A DNA stretch of 64,000 nucleotides. Origin: a virus. The translations under genes were made by a program, and so were the position numbers. Below, piece by piece: positions 58,622 through 64,000 of the stretch. The DNA lies in the IMG/VR virus record IMGVR_UViG_3300020420_000008, positions 82,610-146,609 of that record. One strand, written 5' to 3'. Position 1 is the first letter of the stretch, and every line of letters begins with the position of its first letter. The notes below the pieces were generated by a model that was given only the letters and a program-made list of their open reading frames with translations, was not told where the DNA came from and did not search any database.

Positions 58622-61600
58622 ATGGTAACAAAACTATCTTATACGGCAAATAGTATCACACTAGGCACAGGTACAAGTAAAGTTGTTTTAGGTGCAGACA
58701 GTGGCAATCTGATAGTAAAAGACTCACAGGCAAATACATCTATTCTTGAACCGGGACTTGGCGTACAAGGTGCTAGTGCTGTTGCAACTTATGCGAATCC
58801 TGCCGCCTTACCATTTAATCCTATATCATCTGCTGGTAGTTTAGCATATACGACATCAACTGGTGCATTATATATGTCAAATGGTTCTGGTTGGTATAAG
58901 ATAACATTAGTAAATACTGCACCATCTATTTCTTTATCATCAACAACTGCTAGTCCTACAGCTACAAATCTTACTTTAGATTTCACATACACTGTAACAG
59001 AACCAGAAGGCACTCCAACTAATGTTAGTATAGCTAACTCTGGTATTGCAACTACAGGTAATGTTGCTGTAACACATACAACAAGCAACAATCATGTGAG
59101 ATTAGTATTCGATGGTACTACGAAATATAGTGGAGATGCTTCTGTTACATTAACTGTAACAGATGGTGTCAATACAGGCACTGGAACTATAACAATCTCT
59201 ACTGCTTATTATTCCGGTACAAATACTTCCGAAACTGTTACATTATTAAAAGCTACAGGCACAGGAAATAATGACAATTGGGACGATAAGTCTCCAAGCA
59301 ATCACACTATTCTTGACTACGGAGCGATTGAACAAGTAGCTTTTAGTCCTTATCGTGACAATGGGTATTCAATATATTTTGATGGTAATGGAGATTATCT
59401 GACAATTCCTGATAGTTCTGATTTTGATTTTACTACAGGCAATGGTGACTTTACCATAGAATCTTGGATATATAAAACAAATGCTTCTGAATCTGCGTGG
59501 TATACTCAAAGAGATAGTTCAACAGCAGAACTTATGATTTTTTTAGATCATAATATATCTGGATATTCAGCAGGATCAGTTTCAATAGAGTATGATTCAG
59601 CACAATATACATTTAATGCTGGTATACAACAAAATAAATGGCAACATATTGCTTTAGTAAGAACTGGTACAACTGTTAAATGGTTTACAGATGGTATAGA
59701 AAGAGATAGTAGAAGTGAACCAGCTTCACTAGCAAATTATGCACATGAAATCTATATAGGCAGTTGGAGAACTTTATCAAGATATTATGAAGGTTACATA
59801 AGTGATTTAAGAGTAGTTAAAGGAACTGCGGTTTATACAGGAAACTTTACAACACCAACTAGTAGACTGACAAATGTAACAAATACAAAACTATTGATAG
59901 GCGGTAATAGTCTTAGTGATAATAAGCCTGCAACTACAGCAACGCAAAAATCATTATACTTTGGAACAAATAGTAATAATTACCTTCTCAATTATGGTGA
60001 TGAGTCTGCCTTAGAATTTGGTACAAACAGTTGGACAATTGAAGCTTGGATATATTCTACGGGAACTATGTCTAATGCTGGTATTTTCAGTAGAGGTGCT
60101 AACGGATCTTTTTGGCATTCTTTACATATGACTAGTGCATCAACCATTAAATATGTTTTAAGTAATGGTGCTGGACAAGAATGGAACTTTACTAGTAGTG
60201 GTAGTCAGATACCAACAAATACGTGGACTCACGTAGCACTTGTAAGAAGATTTGGTACTGATATAAAACTATATGTAAACGGAACTGCAATTAAAACTGA
60301 CACATCTTCTGCTTCTACAACACTAGGTGATAGCACTGGAGATTTCAAAATAGGATTTGAAAGATTCCAAGGAAGTGGTGGTGGTTTCAACGGGTATATT
60401 TCTAACTTTAGATTTGTAAACGGCACTGCGGTTTATACAGGAAACTTTACAACACCATCAAGTCCATTGACTAATATTACAAACACAGTAATATTACATC
60501 ATGGATTAACAAATGAAGTTAGTGGTGGTGTAGGAAATCCAACAAACACCAGTGTGACTGTAAATAATCTTAGTCCTTTCAATACTATTCACACAATTAC
60601 ACCTAATGGTGATGTTTTTATGGCGGCATATTCTCCTTATGATAGAGAAAATGCATATACAACTGCAACAGGTGGTGGATCTGCTCGTCTACGTCCTCAA
60701 GGAGGTAATGATTATTTTGGAGCAACATCTTCTTCAGATTTTGCTATGGGAACAGGAGACTTTACTTTAGAAGTATGGGTTTATCCAGAAAACTTATCAG
60801 TTCATCAAATGATTTTGGATACTATTACTCCAGGAGTTTCAGGTAGTCAAGCTGGTAGATTTGTTGCTTATTTAAATCCTAACAAACTAGCTTATTATCG
60901 TCCAGGAACAGGAACTACTACATCAAGCGGATCGCAAACTGTAAAACTGTTTTCATGGAATCATCTCGCATGGGTTAGAAATAGTGGTACTCTAAAAATG
61001 TACTTAAATGGAGAAGAAACACATAGCGTTGCAGAAACATATAATTTTTCACTAACAAATTTAAGCTTAGGAAGAGATGCCGCCAGTGGTGGTGCAGGAC
61101 AGGCAAGATCCTACTGGAGTGATCTTCGTTTAGTGAAAGGCACTGCCGTATACACAAGTGAGTTTACTCCACCAACTGCACCTCTTGGAACTATATCAGG
61201 AACTGTTCTTCATTTACCATTCACAGATTTTAGAATCTTTGATAAATCTCAAAGCTATCTACCACCTCAGTCAGTAAGCACAGATCGTCTTGGTATAAAT
61301 GGTAGCGTTGTCGCATCATCTACACAACAACACTTTTCAGAAAACACTGTATATTTTGATGGTAGTAGTGATTATATCGATATTACAAATCCTATATCTG
61401 GACTTGAAGATCATACACATGAAGCATGGGTATATCCTACTGGTGGTGATTCTACTTATGGAGGTTTTTGGTCCTCAATCACAACAAATGGTGCTACAGG
61501 TATTAATGTATCAAGGGACTTAGCAGGAGGACCTTCCAATAGCTCGGCGGCTATAGCTACGTTTAGTGGAGGAGTACCAGCTGATGAATGGAGCCATGTC

Positions 61601-62515
61601 ATGTTACAGAGACAAAGTGGTGTTCATTCTCTTTACAAAAATGGAGAATTTCAAGGATCTTCAACTGTAGCCGCAAGTTTCACTTCAACAGTTTTAAGAT
61701 TAGGATCTAGATATAATAATAATACAACTTGGAGTTTTGGTGGTTATATGCACGATTTTAGAGTGAGTAAAGGTTTATCTCGTTATCCCTATATTTCATC
61801 AAAAGTAACACTTACTCAAACTAATTCTGGTATGATAAAACCTGACGGCACGACACCTACCGCTACAGCATCAAATACTAAACTTCTTGCATGTCATCAT
61901 TCTACAAAAACTACAGAAGGTTCTGCTACTGGACATACTATTACTTCAGCAGGCTCTACTGCTTCTGGTACAATTGTTCCTAAGTATGGAATGAACTCAG
62001 TTCATTTTCCCAATGGTGATAGTGATTACTTTCAAATTGCGGCTTCTGCTGAACATCAGATTTACGGTGGTGATTATACAGTAGAAGCGTGGTTATATCC
62101 AACTGCATTTAATACCAATTATAATTATTTTGTCACTAAAGGTGGTAATAGTACAAGAGAGTGGGGATTTAGTATTAGTGCATCAAATATAATAGCTTAC
62201 TGGAGTACAAATGGTAGTAGTAGTGGTGATTCAACTGTTACTAAAACAGTAACTAATAAATTAAATGAGTGGATGCACGTAGCTTTTGTAAAAAATGGTA
62301 CTGATATTGCAATATTTAAAAATGGTAGTTTCATAGGTAACGGAACTTTTAATTCAATCTACAGCGGTAATGGTGTAACTACAATAGGAAGACTATGGCA
62401 ATATACTGGTATTTCACATCAATACAGCGGATATATTTCTAATCTTAGAATTGTTAAAGGACAGGCATTATATGCTAAAAACTTTACACCTTCAACTGAA
62501 GCACTTATAAGTTAG
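58622..62515 (+). CDS. adhesin/tail protein with five LamG/ConA-like domains (paralog of 55221)
   Basis: Shared N-terminus (LSADSGDL/LGADSGNL, EPEGTP, TDGVNTG); five units; ACTAAATA promoter variant at 58595. Confidence 0.82.
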   Translation: MVTKLSYTANSITLGTGTSKVVLGADSGNLIVKDSQANTSILEPGLGVQGASAVATYANPAALPFNPISSAGSLAYTTSTGALYMSNGSGWYKITLVNTAPSISLSSTTASPTATNLTLDFTYTVTEPEGTPTNVSIANSGIATTGNVAVTHTTSNNHVRLVFDGTTKYSGDASVTLTVTDGVNTGTGTITISTAYYSGTNTSETVTLLKATGTGNNDNWDDKSPSNHTILDYGAIEQVAFSPYRDNGYSIYFDGNGDYLTIPDSSDFDFTTGNGDFTIESWIYKTNASESAWYTQRDSSTAELMIFLDHNISGYSAGSVSIEYDSAQYTFNAGIQQNKWQHIALVRTGTTVKWFTDGIERDSRSEPASLANYAHEIYIGSWRTLSRYYEGYISDLRVVKGTAVYTGNFTTPTSRLTNVTNTKLLIGGNSLSDNKPATTATQKSLYFGTNSNNYLLNYGDESALEFGTNSWTIEAWIYSTGTMSNAGIFSRGANGSFWHSLHMTSASTIKYVLSNGAGQEWNFTSSGSQIPTNTWTHVALVRRFGTDIKLYVNGTAIKTDTSSASTTLGDSTGDFKIGFERFQGSGGGFNGYISNFRFVNGTAVYTGNFTTPSSPLTNITNTVILHHGLTNEVSGGVGNPTNTSVTVNNLSPFNTIHTITPNGDVFMAAYSPYDRENAYTTATGGGSARLRPQGGNDYFGATSSSDFAMGTGDFTLEVWVYPENLSVHQMILDTITPGVSGSQAGRFVAYLNPNKLAYYRPGTGTTTSSGSQTVKLFSWNHLAWVRNSGTLKMYLNGEETHSVAETYNFSLTNLSLGRDAASGGAGQARSYWSDLRLVKGTAVYTSEFTPPTAPLGTISGTVLHLPFTDFRIFDKSQSYLPPQSVSTDRLGINGSVVASSTQQHFSENTVYFDGSSDYIDITNPISGLEDHTHEAWVYPTGGDSTYGGFWSSITTNGATGINVSRDLAGGPSNSSAAIATFSGGVPADEWSHVMLQRQSGVHSLYKNGEFQGSSTVAASFTSTVLRLGSRYNNNTTWSFGGYMHDFRVSKGLSRYPYISSKVTLTQTNSGMIKPDGTTPTATASNTKLLACHHSTKTTEGSATGHTITSAGSTASGTIVPKYGMNSVHFPNGDSDYFQIAASAEHQIYGGDYTVEAWLYPTAFNTNYNYFVTKGGNSTREWGFSISASNIIAYWSTNGSSSGDSTVTKTVTNKLNEWMHVAFVKNGTDIAIFKNGSFIGNGTFNSIYSGNGVTTIGRLWQYTGISHQYSGYISNLRIVKGQALYAKNFTPSTEALIS
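59825..60457 (+). repeat. 33-nt perfect direct repeat, 600 nt apart
   Basis: ACTGCGGTTTATACAGGAAACTTTACAACACCA at 59825-59857 and 60425-60457. Confidence 0.9.
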
Positions 62516-62523
62516 GAGTTAAC

Positions 62524-62778
62524 ATGCAAATAGGTAACGTAACTAATCAATATATCAATACATATATCAATGAGGGTACACAAGTTGCTAATCAACAGTA
62601 TGCTCAGAACCAACAGAGAGTAGAAGAGTATAATCAAGCACAGTGGCAAAGAGAGCAAGAGAAAAGACAGTATCAGTGGATGGCGTACATAATGATGATG
62701 CAGTTTTTCGCAAAGAACAATATGTGGAACATGCTAAACGATATGCGGATTCAAAGAACATTGGATATAATGGCATGA
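62524..62778 (+). CDS. small Gln/Asn/Met-rich hypothetical protein
   Basis: AGGAG RBS. Confidence 0.6.
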   Translation: MQIGNVTNQYINTYINEGTQVANQQYAQNQQRVEEYNQAQWQREQEKRQYQWMAYIMMMQFFAKNNMWNMLNDMRIQRTLDIMA

Positions 62779-62858
62779 ACAAAGAAGTATTTCTTACACA
62801 TTTCTCTATGCTAGTTATTGGTATAGTTACTGGTTACGCAATATATAATTATCTGTAA
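62775..62858 (+). CDS. 27-aa single-TM peptide (MNKEVFLTHFSMLVIGIVTGYAIYNYL)
   Basis: ATGA overlap with the upstream stop; hydrophobic. Confidence 0.4.
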   Translation: MNKEVFLTHFSMLVIGIVTGYAIYNYL

Positions 62859-62859
62859 A

Positions 62860-62890
62860 GTTTCATAAAACCTTCATACTTACATTTCAT
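62860..62890 (+). promoter_or_regulatory. putative PhoB box
   Basis: GTTTCAT-AAAA-CCTTCAT (11-nt period) plus a third TTTCAT, upstream of pstS. Confidence 0.65.
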
Positions 62891-62971
62891 AAGAAAAACT
62901 AAATAAAAAAATAGAGAACCATGGTAGTGATTCTCTATTAAGTTCAACAGATTTTAAAGAAAGGAAATTCT

Positions 62972-63922
62972 ATGAATAAATCAGTTGTAATACTATTTAG
63001 TATAATTATTTCTCTATTTTCAGCAAACTTTGCATTTTCTAGAGAATACGTAACGTCAGTAGGTTCTTCTACTGTATATCCATTTACAACTTTAGCCGCC
63101 GAAAAATTCGCAAAATTAGGCAATGCATCACCCGTTGTAGAGTCAACAGGAACTGGTGGAGGAATGAAATTATTTTGTGCCGGTATTGGACTTAACACAC
63201 CAGATTTGACTGGTGCATCAAGAGCCATCAAAAGTTCCGAAGTAGAACTTTGTGAAAAAAATGGTGTAACACCATTAGAAAATCTTATAGGTTATGATGG
63301 TATTACATTCTCAAACTCAAAGAAAGCTAAACAACTCTCTGTAACAAAAGAAGAAATATATAAAGCGGTTTCTCTTAAAATCGAAGGTAAAGATAATCCT
63401 TACATTTATTGGAGTGATATAAATCCAGAACTACCTAAAATGAAAATAGATGTCTTAGTACCACCACCATCATCAGGTACAAGAGATGCTTTCGTAGAAC
63501 TTGTACTACATTCTGTATGTAAGAAAATATACAAAATGCCTAAGAAAGGTGTAGATGGATATAAGCAGAATTGTTCTGCATTAAGAGAAGATGGACTAGT
63601 TACTGAAACAGGTGAAAATGATAATCTTGTTGTAGAGAAACTAACCTCAGATATAAATCGATTTGGTGTATTCGGATTTTCTTTCTTAGATCAAAATAAA
63701 GACAAAGTTCAAGGTTCTATCGTAGATGGTGTTGCTCCTACATTTGATACTATTGCAGATGGTTCTTACAAAGTATCACGTCCTTTATTCTTCTATGCAA
63801 AGAAAGAACACCTTGGTATTATTCCAGGACTTCAAGAATTTGTTGATTTCTATAATTCAGATGTAATCATAGGACAAGATGGTGTTGCCTCATCTAGAGG
63901 ACTTATACCTCTTGCAAAGTAA
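62972..63922 (+). CDS. pstS: phosphate ABC transporter substrate-binding protein PstS
   Basis: Signal peptide; VGSSTVYPF, ESTGTGGGMKLFCAG, ASRAIK, SGTRDAF, Y.VSRPLFFY. Confidence 0.92.
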   Translation: MNKSVVILFSIIISLFSANFAFSREYVTSVGSSTVYPFTTLAAEKFAKLGNASPVVESTGTGGGMKLFCAGIGLNTPDLTGASRAIKSSEVELCEKNGVTPLENLIGYDGITFSNSKKAKQLSVTKEEIYKAVSLKIEGKDNPYIYWSDINPELPKMKIDVLVPPPSSGTRDAFVELVLHSVCKKIYKMPKKGVDGYKQNCSALREDGLVTETGENDNLVVEKLTSDINRFGVFGFSFLDQNKDKVQGSIVDGVAPTFDTIADGSYKVSRPLFFYAKKEHLGIIPGLQEFVDFYNSDVIIGQDGVASSRGLIPLAK

Positions 63923-63925
63923 AAC

Positions 63926-63954
63926 TTGACTCATCTCATAGCATCTGTTATTAT
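63926..63954 (+). promoter_or_regulatory. sigma70-type promoter TTGACT-N17-TATTAT within a 13-bp inverted repeat
   Basis: -35 at 63926-63931, -10 at 63949-63954; IR arms 63933-63945 and 63955-63967. Confidence 0.7.
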
Positions 63955-63960
63955 GATGCT

Positions 63961-64000
63961 ATGAGATTCTACACAAACGCTTTTGTTCGTGGTAACTACG
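63961..64000 (+). CDS. gp43: N-terminus of DNA polymerase gp43 (truncated by window end)
   Basis: MRFYTNAFVRGNY matches the MRFYTN start of marine T4-like gp43; expected synteny after regA/hsp20. Confidence 0.7.
   Translation, partial: MRFYTNAFVRGNY

Noticed and set aside
62643-62858. 71-aa GTG-start ORF
   Set aside because: It overlaps the better supported 62524..62778; only its last 27 codons (from ATG 62775) are plausible.
1-64000. tRNA/rRNA genes, alternative genetic code, cyanophage identity
   Set aside because: Intergenic gaps are short with no cloverleafs seen; core genes translate intact with the standard code and all three stops are used; no photosynthesis genes in the window and pstS looks proteobacterial.
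1-64000. Avoidance of GATC or GANTC
   Set aside because: Both occur frequently in varied contexts.

Overview
The window is part of the genome of an AT-rich, T4-like (Tevenvirinae/Kyanoviridae-style) marine myophage, with all credible genes on the + strand. 1-21.9 kb is a tail-fibre/adhesin region built from shuffled modules. 22-36.6 kb holds the core virion genes (gp13-gp23, gp3), with a thermonuclease between the terminase subunits. 37-54 kb holds replication, recombination and transcription genes (uvsY, uvsW, gp55, gp47, gp46, cobT/cobS-like, gp45, gp44, gp62, regA). That block is interrupted by a cassette of a small amino-MTase, a DUF4338/DruA-like protein and a DUF262-HNH (GmrSD-like) protein. 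54-64 kb holds hsp20, a GH108 endolysin, two LamG-repeat adhesins, pstS with a Pho box, and the start of DNA polymerase gp43. pstS and the regulatory signals point to a proteobacterial (probably alphaproteobacterial) host. The strongest unexplained signal is window-wide: by manual reading, GCNGC, GACC/GGTC and (less thoroughly checked) GWGCWC and GCGC are purged unless a GG/CC dinucleotide overlaps them, which forces rare codons in Ala-Ala and Arg-Pro pairs. This suggests an undescribed GG/CC-context DNA modification acting as anti-restriction. All assignments come from reading motifs and synteny; no searches were run.
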